NCBI GenBank assembly: GCA_030141605.1
Contig: JAQGDQ010000363.1
Coordinates: 170,984-234,983, forward strand
Length of the DNA stretch: 64,000 bases
From: Tubiluchus corallicola
Taxonomy: Eukaryota > Animalia > Priapulida
Direction of reading: 5' to 3'
The first letter of the stretch is position 1. The number at the start of each line of letters is the position of its first letter. The translations under genes were made by a program, and so were the position numbers. This document shows positions 1 through 14,868 of the stretch, in pieces. Under the pieces are notes generated by a model that saw only the letters and a program-made list of their open reading frames with translations, ran no database searches and had not been told where the DNA came from.

Positions 1-284
1 CTGAGTCATAAACTGGCCCTTTTGTCGCGCAATTAACATGAAAATATGCACAGCGATTCGTAAACATAGAAATATTAAAGCCAGCCACTTTGCTAGGTTG
101 CCAAGCGACCAAGGTCAAAGGTCAAACTTCTTGAGTGATGTCTTTCAGTAAAAATACGAAATTCACAGACTAGAGCCGTGATGTAGGTCTACAAAACTTT
201 TGCACTGAATCGCAACAAACATAATTCTACATTTTGGTGTAACAAATTAAGGGCTTATCTGGTATATCAGTTTTGCTATAAAAC

Positions 285-1230
285 AAGTTGAGCAATCTGT
301 TATAAGCTGTATAATATGTTAGAAGATGAATAATCTATTATAAACTGAGTAATATTTTATAGGCTGAGTAATCTGTTATAAGCTAAGTAGTCTGGTATAA
401 ACTGAGTAATCTGTTATAAGCTGAGTAATATGTTATAAACTCAATAATCTGTTGTAAGCTGAGTAATGTATTATAAACTGAATATCTGTTATAAGCTGAG
501 TAATCTGTTATAAACTGAAAAATCTGTTATAAGCTGAGTAATCTGTTATAAACTCAATAATCTGTTATAAGCTGAGTAATGTATTATAAGCTGAATATCT
601 GTTATAAGCTGAGTAATCTGTTATAAGCTGAGTACCGTATTTTCCCGTGTATAAGAGACCCTTTTTTGCTCAGAATTTTCACTTTAAAAATAGGGGGTCT
701 CTTATACATGGGAGTAAGTCTTTTCAATAAGATGCATAAATTGTGACACTAATGATTTTAAAGAAATAAGTGCTCTACAACTGTTTTGCGTGTCGCGTTC
801 GACTATGAAGCGGTTGTAAGCAATACAAGCATCGTGACACAGGCATTATCTCCTCGTTTTCTCTTTTCCTGTTACAGGTTTGCAGGTACGCACTTTAATA
901 TATACCAGTACTCTTTTTCTACAACACATTAACTGGTTTTATTTTGTTTTCAGTACCGCACTGAGTTGAAAAAAGTTGTACTTTACCCTCTAAAAATGTC
1001 CGTCTGAAAAAACTTTTTTCCAGAATTTTTGCCTAAAAATTGAAGGGGTCTCTTATACACAAGGGTCTCTTATACACGGGAAAATACGGTAATCTGTTAT
1101 AAACCGAATAATCTGTTATAAGCTGAGTAATCTGTTATAAACTGAGTCATTTATTATAAGATGAATAATCTGTTATAAGCTGAGTAATGTGTTATAAACT
1201 GAGTAATCTGTTATAAGCTGAGTAATCTGT
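285..1230. repeat. ~20-bp minisatellite (TAATCTGTTATAAGCTGAG-like) interrupted by a MITE
   Basis: Tandem degenerate units at ~285-634 and 1090-1230. Confidence 0.92.
635..1089. mobile_element. Tc1/mariner-superfamily MITE
   Basis: Perfect TIR CCGTATTTTCCCGTGTATAAGAGACCC / GGGTCTCTTATACACGGGAAAATACGG with TA on both sides. Removing it restores the satellite unit gctgagTAatctgtt. Extra GGGTCTCTTATAC subterminal copies. Confidence 0.93.
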
Positions 1231-1824
1231 ATATGTATTTGCATTATTATAAATAATGATGGAACTAAAGTAAAAAGTAGGCAAGCAATCTTAACCATTG
1301 CTTTGAAAATAAACCCGAAGTGCAAAATTAGCAACGATGCGCGTACCTTCACCACTAAGCCATTACGCCGCGTCATTCAGCCAAGGTTCAATCTCATTAC
1401 CAATTTAGATCGTCTACATCTCTTATCGACAACCCCTAGAATAACGAAGACCACCTCGGTATTACGCATAAACATTCGCGGTTCACTGCTTGTGTGTATA
1501 AATTATAAAGGTTAGTGCACACGGTATTAAAGTCTGAAGAGTACACACTTAACAACAAGAGGATTGCTACCCTGAGTATCTTGTAACCACCTTACTAATG
1601 AAATCTGATCATCAATAAACGCTCAAGCATCAAATTAAGCTCCTGTTGATTGACTGTCTGCATCTGTTGCCACGCTACGATCACGGAAGATGCTGCTGAC
1701 TTCAGGAGTTTGTAAACAATGCAAGGTCTGTTTTTGTCTGTTCACGATTTAACTAAATTCGCTATTTATAATTTTATTTCTAACTTATGTATATGTGTGC
1801 TTGTGTGCGTGCGTGTGTGTGTGT

Positions 1825-2099
1825 GGTCTCTGAACACTAATTGCGGCAGTATGACGTCACAAACTTTAACTAGTTATTTTCTCAGACCTATTTCTATGTG
1901 GAATGCTTTTCTAGAAGTGTGTTTTGCTTCTGAACGCGATTCTCTCACGACTCATTCTCACCATGACCTCAGTCCCAAGAAATGTGTTGAATATTAATTC
2001 TTATTTGACAATCTCTGACTTTGAATGACTTCTTGTTCGTTTTTGATGTGAGCAAACATTTGTAAAAAGAAAAATAATACAAACTCTTTTGCTAACACT

Positions 2100-2101
<2 letters not shown>
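1825..2101 (+). repeat. Copy A of a near-identical inverted duplication (partner 16817-17095)
   Basis: Reverse-complement match with only a handful of differences; flanked by (GT)n and (TAT)n in both copies. Confidence 0.95.
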
Positions 2102-2416
<315 letters not shown>

Positions 2417-3560
2417 TTTATTGGTAACATCTTTTATTTCGAACGTACTTTGCATAAGTATTTCATAAAACAATGTTATTGATCAACATTATTTACACGA
2501 TTAGTAATAAAATAACCATAATGATTTTAAAAAAGATAAATGGACGTTACCAATAAGCTAGTTAAGCCAATATAAGCCAAATATTTATGATAAAATATAT
2601 ATGAGCAGTACAATCTTCTTGCAAATTAACATGTAACAGTGTAATCTAGAATCGACTGGAGCTGTGCTGTGTTTAAAAAATTGAAATCTTTACTTTCTAA
2701 CCATTTGATTCAGTCTCTAGCCATATTAACAATTACCTGTTGGTTTCCTATAAAAGCGTTTTTTCATTGATCTCTTTGCAAAAATATTATATCCATTTTC
2801 TAACTGATAACTACTACAGTTCAATGTGCAACACATATGTCGTAAAGTAAAGCTCATGCTAATTTAACAGTGAACAGAGCTTTGTCAGTTATCAGTAGTT
2901 ATTGAAAGAAAATGGCAGAATAAGTAACTGGTAGATCTGGAACATAGTCGCCGTATTTAACGTTTTAATAAAAAAATATTAATTCCAATATTTTAACGAA
3001 ATACCTAATGTATTTCTGTGGTGCTGTGTGATACATCAACTTTTACAGCAAACTACGTACATTGCTAGAAGGTTCCCAAATCATGTACACGTATGCTATA
3101 CCAAAGCCATTATTATTTTTATGAATAGTTGGTGAAGTACAAGCGTCCTGCCTAGGCAACCATCTTATTAGAAGGACAGCTGGAGGCATACTGCCCTGCT
3201 ACATGGTCTTGTGGAATAATCTACCAGGCGGGCAGAACCATTCATAATTCGGTTCTTAGTTTTCTGTAGAGATGGTATTTAAATAGCCCATTGAAATTTA
3301 CTCATTTGTGTAAGTAAAAAGGTTTTCGCAATACACCGATCAATCTTCCATTTAACCTCCAGCATATTCAGAGAAGTTGTCACTAAGTTTGGGAATTTTC
3401 CTGGAGCATCCCGTTACATTGGTGACTCCGGGTGATTCCTACAAGATGCACTTATCCCGGTGGATGCAAAGGGGTTTAAATTACCGTGAGTAAACAAGTT
3501 TAGACTACGGGCGACGGAAGTTAGGACAAGATGTCTCGTTGCTACGCCAGCGTTTGTATA

Positions 3561-3726
3561 ACAGGTCAGTGTTACTACTTGAGGTCAAGGTCATGTAGGT
3601 GAAACAAAAGTAAGATGATATTATGAGTAACTGAAAATTTTAAACAGGTCAGTGTTACTGCTTGAGGTCAAGGTCATGTAGGTGAAATAAAAGTAAGATG
3701 ATATTGTGAGTAACTGAAAATTTTAA
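3561..3726. repeat. 83-bp tandem duplication
   Basis: acaggtcagtgttact...aactgaaaattttaa occurs twice (3561, 3644). Confidence 0.92.
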
Positions 3727-4361
3727 CTATAGAAACGTAATGCACTGAACTGACTGTTTAATGCGGCATTGAACTTAAGTGATTTAGCCTGCTTGAATGA
3801 CAGGTCGCCTGAATGCTTGGCTTCTTATCTGACTATTGTTTCCTAAGGGCTTCTAGTCTCTTTGTCTGCTTGACTGTTTGAGTGACTGACTGACTGACTG
3901 ACTGACTGAATCAATCACTTCCTACCGGAATTGTCTGTTGTAGTATACCGGGTGTTTCTCTGTCTGTCATTTACCATTTACTAGTTAATCAGTCAGTCAG
4001 TCAGTTAGGCATCAGTCAGTCTACCAGCCGGACAGCTATTCAGTGAGCTAGTAACTAAGACGTCATGCGTAGCGGGCAGGCAAAAATAACAGCCACTAAA
4101 GTTTGAACAAAAATGCAAATAACTCTTCATTTAATTAGGCTGAGCAGAAAATCAACATTTGCTTAAAATTAAAATGCTTCATACAAATGAACAGCAGTAA
4201 ATAGGCACGTAATTACGAGTGTTAGTTCAGGAAAATTCCTGTGGTTTTAACGTAGTCTGAATGTCTGTTTAAAAGACAAGTTTCATCATGTCTTGCCCGA
4301 AGATAAAGAGTTGTATAATTTTTATAATCTTCTATCTTTGCATTATTTCAGTGAAGAGGTG

Positions 4362-4572
4362 TCATCATCGTCATAATTATCATCATCATCATCATCATCG
4401 ACGTCACGATCATCATCATTATCATCATCATCGTTGTCGTCGTCGTCGTCGTCACCATCATCATCATCATCGTCATCATCATCACCATCATCAGCATCAC
4501 CATCGTCGTCGTCGTCGTCGTCATCATCATCGTTGTCATCATCATCGTCATCATCATCATCAGCACCATCAT
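4362..4572. repeat. (CAT/CGT)n microsatellite
   Basis: Direct reading. Confidence 0.95.
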
Positions 4573-5496
4573 CTAGCAACAGTCGTCATGATAAATTAAG
4601 CAGTTTAATAAGTTGCAAGGCATCGAATATATCGAGCTCAGGGTGCGATGAATGCGCATAACTATGTGGCGCCATCTATTTCTACCATAGGAATTACACA
4701 GTCAGAGGCATTGTCTGCTTTTGCTGCTTTACACGTACACTCCCCTTGTGACAATAATAGCAATACGTGTAATAAAATTCTTTGTTGCTGTAAAAATTAT
4801 ACGTTATTGAACGGTAAACTACACATTCAAAATTTGCTGGTATAATTAGTGTTTTCACTGCTGTGAGCATTAGTCTTATCTTACAAACAAATGATTTTAC
4901 AGCTGTGGTTGAGATTTTTTGTGAATTCCTAAATAGTTTTTGTATCGTCTTTGCAGCACGTTTAGAGAGCTCAGTAGGAATCTAACTTTTAAAACTCTTA
5001 CAGGTCGATACGTGTAGACTGGTGCATCCTGTAATATTTGCTTGTATATTAATACGATTATTAAAATCTATTATCTATTAGCATAATAAACTTCATTAAT
5101 TTTGCCAGCATCCACTTGCTCAAACAGTTAAAAAGCATTCGCAAAAAGATTATTAACAAGAAGTTTGTTAAAAAGGATCACTGTATTATGGTCCCTGGTG
5201 TAGGCTACAAACCAAACAAATGTGGGCACTTCTGTAACATACAGTGGGAAAAACAAAATTAAGAAAAATGCTTAGAACTCCCTCTTTTTTAATAAAAAGT
5301 GCTCATTAGCACATAAACTCATTTGCACATAAATTTTATAAAACTTTTTATATAAAGTTCGTTGGTAACTCTCACAATATTATAAAAAAACACAATACAG
5401 GCAAAAAGTCACATAAATAAAAACTCACTCAATACATTGGTACTTTACTCTACTTTAGTATAAAAGTTTACAATTTTTACAATACATATCACGTAC

Positions 5497-5708
5497 TCAG
5501 TACAAGGCGTCAATCGATAACAGTTTGTCACTATTTAATAAGCTAGACAAAGAAACAGGCTTTTCCTCTGGCAGTAACTTTCCACCTCTCTGTTTAAGAA
5601 ACCCTCTTTTGATAATGACGACGATGACGATGACGATAGCAGCAAAGATGGCAACGCACACGGTTGTTACGGCTACTGCAAATCCTTCCTTTCCTAAAGA
5701 CGTTTTCT
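5497..5708 (-). CDS. Unknown type I membrane protein, last exon (TM helix and cytoplasmic tail)
   Basis: cattttcag acceptor, phase 1. KTSLGKEG-FAVAVTTVCVAIFAAIVIVIVVII-KRGFLKQR...LLSIDALY stop: a 24-aa hydrophobic run followed by basic residues. Absent from the ORF track. Confidence 0.72.
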
Positions 5709-6189
5709 CTGAAAATGGATGAAGTTTAGGTAAAAATATGTAGGTTTATTTTGAAATGCTTTTTGCCCCGTTAAAATACTGCAAAATTTAGTTCTGAAAA
5801 CTTTCTATTATAATAATCTAGTCTGGAGTGAGAAGCATTGGTTATTCGCGTATTGAGTTTTTTCTGTCCAACTGCCTGGTTGTCATTTCGAATGCCATTT
5901 ATTGTTGTCATGGAATCCATTTTGTGAATATATTATTTAAAACGCCATATTATCGAAAAAGTAGAACGTGGGGGAACTAAAGCGTAACTTTCCAATATAA
6001 AATTGGTTAAAAACTTGTCACATGAACAACAGCAAAACGGGCACGTGGCCGGCCTCACTGCGAAATAAACCTGTTTATAAAGTTACCAAGCGGTTTGTTT
6101 TTGGCAGTGCTACTTGCGAGTGTAATGAGCTTAAATCTATAAAGCATTAACCAACGAAAACAAACAAAGACGCAAACAGACAAAAACAA

Positions 6190-6985
<796 letters not shown>

Positions 6986-7483
6986 ACTATTGCTGTTTTG
7001 ACAGCTTACTTGGCCTCCAGCAGAACTATTGCAAGAAAGGCCAGACATATACAGAAACTCTTCGCCCACAGCTATAGCCTTGTATAATGGTCCTTGACAC
7101 TAAAACAATTACGTAATTACGCTGATAATTAGTTAAGCTACACGGTTAATGAAGAACGAAAACTATAGTTGGAAGTGTGCTTATAACGCTAAATTATTGT
7201 CATGCTAATGATTTTAGGGTGACTGCTCTCGTACCTGTATTACTAATATACTGCACTAACGTTTGGCTGTGAGTAAATGATTCCTAGTATGATTTAGTAT
7301 TCAAATAAACAGAACGAATAAAAAGGTTTTAGGTTTTTCTTCTCCAGCCGTGTTGTTCGGAACTTTTTGCCCATTTCGGTAAATGATGCACCTCTGGTTA
7401 TTGGAAGCAGTTCGAAACTTTTCAAAAATAGATTGAAGTTTTTGAATTTTGATCAATGGCTTGAGTATGACAGGCGTATGTAA

Positions 7484-7912
7484 AACCTAGCCACTGGGGG
7501 GGGGGGGGGGGCAAGCCAGCCCAACTCAGTGCCGGTCCCAAGCCCGGATAAATAGGGAGGGTTAGGGTCAGGAAGGGCATCCGCCTGTAAAAACTGCGCC
7601 AAAACCTTCTATGAATGAGTCGGCGAAACTTAAAGGTAAAGTCAACAAAGCAGTGGTCAGACCCGCTCTAATCTATGGGCTGGAAGCAGCTTCTCTAAAG
7701 AAGACCGAAGAGAAGAAAATAGATGTGGTGGAGATGAGGATGTTGAGATGGATGGTGACCTGAAAAGAAGAGTCGGTGAAGATCATGTGGGAAGGGAGAT
7801 GGGGACCTTAGAGAGAAAAACATAAATGAAGAAATGGTCAACAAATACGTGGAGAAGACTCATTCACAACGGCGACCCCGCATAGGGAAAAGCTGGGAAG
7901 AAGAAGATGATG
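7484..7912 (+). mobile_element. Internally deleted RTE-clade LINE
   Basis: 17-bp TSD ATGACAGGCGTATGTAA (7467-7483, 7913-7929); RTE-type 5' motif CCCAAGCCCGGATAAA..GAGGGTT; ORF remnants KLKGKVNKAVVRPALIYGLEAASLKKTEEKKIDVVEMRMLRWM and WRRLIHNGDPA; (GAA)(GAT) tail. Confidence 0.88.
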
Positions 7913-8466
7913 ATGACAGGCGTATGTAAGCAGCTTGTCCCTTTACTACTCTCCCGACATTTATGTTTTTATTGCACTGTAGTTTATTTTTCAATGTATA
8001 TTTTAAAAGAATGTGAAAAAAATAAAATAAATAAAAACAACAGTTTTTGCCAAAAATCATCTTAATGTCCGGTTACTTCTCTTACAAAAAGCACAAGTTT
8101 TCTTCCAAAACAGCACCTAGCACAGATAGCACTTTTTTACAAATGGTTTCAGCAATGAGTACAAGCCGCCATTTTACTCTGGGTTCCCACCTGCAAAAAA
8201 TGCTCTTTCTAGCACTTGGTGGTCGGAAATTTATAGCTGTATAAAAAGAAGAAAAAATGCTGTCTATAGTATAATCTGGATCTTTTTTACAGATGCTTCT
8301 ACCAGGATGAAGAACTGGAAGTTAGTTTGGGTAAATGTTTCTTTTCTGGACCACCCTGTATCGGTCCTTACATCTACACACTAGTCAGAGTTTGTCTGAA
8401 AAACAAATTAACAACCCCCCAAAATTCTAAAAATGGTTCAAATGGTTACACTTTCCAGTGACGTAC

Positions 8467-8641
8467 CGTAGTAATTTAAATCCGAGCTTTCTTCCTGGGT
8501 TTGATCAGTTGGAGGTGCTATTGGTGTAGTAAACTGCTCTAATATAGAAGAAGCAGATGTTAGATAGATTTTGATTTCCTCAACTGTGCCAGCCCCATGT
8601 CTGCTTCTGCGTTCTTGGAGAAGCATTGGTGTCACCTGACA
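8467..8641 (-). CDS. Unknown type I membrane protein, coding exon 2 (furin site, S/T/P-rich stalk)
   Basis: catgcag / G|gtacgt, 175 nt, phase 0-1. CQVTPMLLQERRSRHGAG...TTPIAPPTDQTQEESSDLNYY. Confidence 0.6.
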
Positions 8642-8671
8642 CTGCATGTTTAAAATCGTGAATTAATTAAT

Positions 8672-9223
<552 letters not shown>

Positions 9224-9770
9224 TCGCTTTTATTTCTTATTTTTATTTATTTTATGTAACTTTATTAAAATTACTTCCTGTTTACAGAATATTTACAGAA
9301 ATATTATTTGCTGTTTGAGTAGGCCATTAAAGAGCCTGCATATGAACAAAAAATGGCGTCTGCTATTTTAGAAAATCATACAAATTACTGTGAACCAGGT
9401 GCCTTTCGTTTACAAGCTAAACACTTTATCAGTAAAATCACACAAGTGGTGTTTAAACAACAATAAAATTAGCATCAGCTGGATGAAAAGTAGTCTCAAC
9501 AAATAAAGAACAATGCTGGCTGTCTAAAGGAACATAGGAATGGAAAAACAATTACCAAAAAAGTCAGTTTATTACTGCATTTGGAAAAATGTACAATATT
9601 GATCGTAAAAGTGATCTTGGTTCAAATCCAGGCCTACTATGATGTTTCCTAACTGCTTTTTCGGTTAAGTTCAGTAAAGTTTAAAAATTTCATAACAGTG
9701 ATTTAATTCCAATACTAACTGCTAGTTTAAAAAATATATAAACAATCGTTTAATTTAATATGTTGCTTAC

Positions 9771-9842
9771 CTGGAAAAAAATGGAGAGTACAAGCCCTCT
9801 CCACAAGCACATGATGGTGGCGTCCACTATACGTAACAGCAT
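9771..9842 (-). CDS. Unknown type I membrane protein, coding exon 1 (signal-peptide-like)
   Basis: MLLRIVDATIMCLWRGLVLSIFFQ then CAG|gtaagc, phase 0. In-frame TGA upstream; acceptor attattacag at 9904. Confidence 0.55.
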
Positions 9843-10299
9843 AATGTGAAATACTGTGAATTCTGAACCCTGTCACAGTAAGTCAACCAAGAACTGTGTG
9901 TCACTGTAATAATAATGATGATGTTATGTTAATGATGGCTATTTAGTGGACGCATCGTGTCTATTAGAAGATTGCTCGTTGGTGTGCATTAGCCTTGATA
10001 AAATTATTTGAACCTGGAATTAAGCAAGTTTAATTAGACCGTGCCAATTGCAGTTGCGAATTTGTAATTAATGGTGACAAATTTCTTATTTTTTTGTAAA
10101 CAGAGGAGTGTTTTTATAAACAATATGCTCACTGAGATATCAGAAATTCATCAGAAATCTCTCAAGTGCCTGCAAATGTTAAAATGTTTAGATAAGACGT
10201 TCGTTTATATTTGCTGCATAATAATTCTACGGTTGATTATTGATTTTATTCTATATGCAAATATGGTCCTCTTGTTTTGTGTCTTTACAATTTACTATT

Positions 10300-11510
10300 C
10301 ATTTTTTGTGTTTATAGTTTATGGTTCATGTTTTTTGTGCTTATAGTTCATGGTTCATGTCTTTGGTGTTTATAGTTCACGGTTCATGTTTTTTGTGCTT
10401 ATAGTTCATGGTTCATGTTTTTTGTGCTTATAGTTCATGGTTCATGTCTTTGGTGTTTATAGTTCACGGTTCATGTTTTTTGTGCTTATAGTTTATGGTT
10501 CATGTTTTTTGTGTTTATAGTTTACGGTTCATGTTTTTTGTGTTTAAAGTTTACAGTTCATGTTTTTTGTGTTTATAGTTTACGGTTCATGTTTTTTGTG
10601 TTTATAGTTTACGGTTCATGTTTTTTGTGTTTATAGTTTACGGTTCATGTTTTTTGTGTTTATAGTTTACGGTTCATGTTTTTTGTGTTTATAGTTTACG
10701 GTTCATGTTTTTTGTGTTTATAGTTTACAGTTCATGTTTTTTGTGTTTATAGTTTATGGTTCATGTTTTTGGTGTTTATAGTTCACGGTTCATGTTTTTG
10801 TGTTTATAGTTTACGGTTCATGTTTTTTGTGTTTATAGTTTACGGTTCATGATTTTTGTGTTTATAGTTTACGGTTCATGTTTTTTGTGTTTATAGTTTA
10901 TGGTTCATGTTTTTGGTGTTTATAGTTCACGGTTCATGTTTTTTGTGTTTATAGTTTACGGTTCATGTTTTTTGTGTTTATAGTTTACAGTTCATGTTTT
11001 TTGTGTTTATAGTTTACGATTCATGTTTTTATGTTTATAGTTTACGGTTCATGTTTTTTGTGTTTATAGTTTATGGTTCATGTTTTTGGTGTTTATAGTT
11101 CACGGTTCATGTTTTTTGTGTTTATAGTTTACGGTTCATGTTTTTTGTGTTTATAGTTTACAGTTCATGTTTTTTGTGTTTATAGTTTACAGTTCATGTT
11201 TTTTGTGTTTATAGTTTACGGTTCATGTTTTTTGTGTTTATAGTTTACGGTTCATGTTTTTGTGTTTATAGTTTACAGTTCATGTTTTTTGTGTTTATAG
11301 TTTACGATTCATGTTTTTATGTTTATAGTTTACGGTTCATGTTTTTGTGTTTATAGTTTACGGTTCATGATTTTTGTGTTTATAGTTTACGGTTCATGTT
11401 TTTGTGTTTATAGTTTCCGGTTCATGTTTTTTGTGTTTATAGTTTACGGTTCATGTTTTTTGTGTTTTATAGTTAACAGTTCATGGTTTTTTGTGTTTGT
11501 AGTTTATGAT
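10300..11510. repeat. 29-bp minisatellite GTTTATAGTTTACGGTTCATGTTTTTTGT, about 40 copies
   Basis: Contiguous units with no spacers. Confidence 0.97.
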
Positions 11511-11923
11511 TGATTAATTCGTTGTCTTGATAGGTCATTTATAGTTAGTCATAACACTAATGACAAAAATTGCGAATTTCTCTTAGTCCTGGCATACTGA
11601 CTCAGAATTGGTTTTGTACACTTGTATGCAAGGAAATATATAGTAAAATTTTTTTTCTTGAATCTGTATTGCCATCATTATCAGCATCATCATCATTGTC
11701 ACATTTACCATCATCATCGTTGTCATTATTATCATAATCATCTTCATCTTCAACAACATCATCATCACCCAAAATAAAAATGAAAAAAGTTATGGCCGAA
11801 CCTGGAATTGAACCAAAAACTTCTTGCTTAATTTGGTTTCAAAATTTAATAGTTATGAATTCATTCCTGGCATTTCATCATTAATAATAATCTTGAACTT
11901 AAGACTATGAATAATTAATTAGC

Positions 11924-12442
11924 AGTGTGGAGGTAGTGTGGAGGTAGTGTGGAAGTAGTGTGGAGGTAGTGTGGAGGTAGTGTGGAAGTAGTGTGGAGGT
12001 AGTGTGGAAGTAGTGTGGAGGTAGTGTGGAGGTAGTGTGGAAGTAGTGTGAAAGTAGTGAGGAGGTAGTGTGGAGGTAGTGTGGAGGTAGTGTGAAGGCA
12101 GTGTGGAGGTCGTGTGGAGTTAGTGTGGAAGTAGTGTGGAGGTAGTGTGGAAGTAGTGTGGAGGTAGTGTGGAGGTAGTGTGGAAGTAGTGAGGAGGTAG
12201 TGTGGAGGTAGTGTGAAGGCAGTGTGGAAGTAGTGTGGAGGTAGTGTGGAAGTAGTGTGGAGGTAGTGTGGAGGTAGTGTGGAAGTAGTGAGGAGGTAGT
12301 GTGGAGGTAGTGTGAAGGCAGTGTGGAGGTAGTGTGGAGGTAGTGTGGAAGTAGTGTGGAGGCAGTGTGGTGGTAGTGTGGAGGTAGTGTGGAGGCAGTG
12401 TGGAGGCAGTATGGAGGTAGTGTGGAGGCAGTGTGGTGGTAG
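11924..12442. repeat. 11-bp minisatellite AGTGTGGAGGT
   Basis: Contiguous units with GGAGG/GGAAG variants. Confidence 0.97.
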
Positions 12443-13579
12443 CTACGTTCAGGTTAGATTATAATCTTGTGCTTTCAATAACTACAATTTGGCACAACAA
12501 CAAAAATCCTTTTTTTAAATATCAGTGCATGTGGATTTGTTTGGTACAGACAGAGTTGCATTAACTGATCTGGTTGCTTTATTTTTTTATATATTTTCAG
12601 TTATAAATGTTTAACTAAATGAAAATTTACTACCAGTCTGGTTCAGTATCAATAAAGCTTATATTTGTATAGCCCATTATTACAAAATCAATCACTGATT
12701 TACATTTTATGATCACATGATTATAAAAAACAAACAATAATTGGCATTAATCAGTAAACAAAAACCATGGGAGCCTACTACTTTCAAATGGGATGCCTGA
12801 GGCAATGCTCTGATGAACTTTTCAGAGACTAGCATTCGGCAGGAAGCATTACATTGTAAAGCATGTGCAAAATAGTGCCATCTGTTGATAAAAAGTAATA
12901 CTACTGTAAGCTAATCCCCTCTTAAATTGCTAATTAGTTTACGTAATTTCAAAATTCACTCAATTACAAAAATGATATGACGAGTAACTACACAGGAAAA
13001 CGTTTACAAATTCTATCAACTGATGGCGCCACCGTGACGTTACTCATCAACATACACGTTTTTTTTGCTAATGGAGAACCTACTAAAAGTTTAAAGCACC
13101 CAATTTAAAGATAAACGAATGAGTAACAATAATTCATTCTGATTGGACGAGCCATCCTGCAAAGATCATTAACACAACAGAACAGCTTCGGAAAAATCTT
13201 CTATCAGTAATAGAAATTTATGATCAAAACGTTAAGCCACACGATAAGTCGATAGCACATATCAACTTTCTTAATCAAACAAAGCAAAACAAATAGACAC
13301 TTATTATATTTACAAAGCAACAAAGTTTGTTACTAATTCTGACTATGCAAATTTAGATTTTGCCAAAAATCTTTGTATTTTTACATGGTTTAGCATTGCC
13401 TAAAATCAACACTGAGAAATGACACAATCTGCTAAAAATTGTCCTAATATTGTATAACGTAGTCTGTGACGAAAAAAGAATCGGGTAGATTTAATTTAGC
13501 TATGCCGCAAACTTGTAAGCTACAACAAACATGCTTAGTACAACTTCCACTGCTACTTTTGCGAACAGCATCTATTATT

Positions 13580-13976
13580 TTAGAAGCTTTCTCGATAAGA
13601 TTTTTTATATTGATTGACAATGACGTGAAAAGGTCAAAGGTTAAGTGAACTAGACAATGCATTTGTGTACACTCGACAACGCCTCGCAGCCCATGCTATT
13701 GTAATAGCAACAGTTTTAAAAGCTAGCTACAACCTTACCTAGTTCACTTTTTCTTGTTACCAAGCAAGATCCTGCTTGTAAACCACTCTACACACAGACT
13801 TTTGCATAATTAAGTAAAGTCCACATAAAACGTCTGAAGTTACTGAACCGATGCAGCAGACGGTTTTGCTTTACACACATCACGTGACGGTTGCAGTTAG
13901 GAAAGCTCTGGTACACTTAACCTGTGATCAGCCGCAACTGCCTGTGAGCACAACGAAACTGTGAAGAGGCTTATTG
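13580..13976. mobile_element. MITE-like element, copy 1, downstream of the FAM107 stop codon
   Basis: Internal inverted arms GTCAAAGGTTAAGTGAAC / GTACACTTAACCTGTGA; interior is the diverged reverse complement of 15270-15660. Ends approximate. Confidence 0.75.
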
Positions 13977-14332
13977 CTTATCCGTATCACGAGCTGCGTG
14001 TTTACGTATGATACAAACAAACTGATCAATCAATAATGATACACACAAATTAAATGCATATAAACAGACGTGACTGCACATAATGGAAAATCGTCACATT
14101 AGCATAAACGTCGTCTCATATGCTTATACCAAAATTAAACGAAGCATCTGTATAAAACTTCATATTACAATATAAACTACTTGTACTCACAAAAACAGTC
14201 CAAAAAACGAAAATTATGTATAGCTATAGAAAAGAAATGTACAAAAAAGCACATTTTTAAAAATAAATAAAACCTCAATGTACAGAATGTGAAGACTTTA
14301 AACCTATTCACACAACGACAGACTTGGGGGAC

Positions 14333-14455
14333 TCAAGAATCGGAATTGGGACTTTCGGTACGACCTTTGATGCGCTCTTTGACTTTTACAAACTCGGGTT
14401 TATGTTTTTCTTCTTCTTCTATTCTTTGTCTTTCCATCTCTGCTGCATTCTCTGC
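14333..14455 (-). CDS. FAM107: FAM107 last coding exon
   Basis: catttttcag acceptor, phase 0. AENAAEMERQRIEEEEKHKPEFVKVKERIK...stop; PEFVKV is the conserved FAM107 C-terminal motif. Confidence 0.93.
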   Translation of the reverse strand, partial: AENAAEMERQRIEEEEKHKPEFVKVKERIKGRTESPNSDS

Positions 14456-14714
14456 CTGAAAAATGAAAAAAAATCCTGAATTGTCCCAAATTTTCCAGAA
14501 AATTTCCATAAATGTAAAGTAATGGATATGGTTTGTCCTTATAAAAAGGGAGATAGAATTATGGTGGTATTGTGCTGCCATCTATGTTCAGCTGAACTCA
14601 CTATTTCTACACAGAAACATTTACATGCATCTGTGCCTCATTTATTACCACAACAGAAACTAAAATCATCGTATTTTTTGAAATTGCTATTATGGCATAA
14701 ATTAGCCTACTTAC

Positions 14715-14868
14715 CATTTTTAACTTTGCGGCTTGTTGTTCCATGCGAACCTCAAAACTGGAACGATTCTCCCGCTTTTGTTCCAGCTCCTGTTTCCGAG
14801 ATGCATTGTCCTGCCTCTTCTCCAGCTCCTTCTTGAGCTCAGACTTCTGATTTAAAACATTCCTGCCT
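14715..14868 (-). CDS. FAM107: FAM107 exon, coiled coil
   Basis: attttcag / ATG|gtaagt, phase 2-0. GRNVLNQKSELKKELEKR...RSSFEVRMEQQAAKLKM. Confidence 0.92.

Noticed and set aside
4288-4599. His/Arg-rich ORF, possibly spliced from ATG at 3531 (MSRCYASVCIT, donor at ~3565)
   Set aside because: Phases happen to fit, but the product is a (CAT/CGT)n microsatellite like others in the window; no independent support.
8047-8360. Mariner-like terminus (GACCACCCTGTA at ~8349-8360) and nearby ORF
   Set aside because: No partner TIR or recognisable transposase motif was found.
10300-11510. 29-bp repeat array resembling a CRISPR repeat in length (also the 43917 and 30490 arrays)
   Set aside because: Units are contiguous with no unique spacers, there are no cas genes, and the context is eukaryotic.
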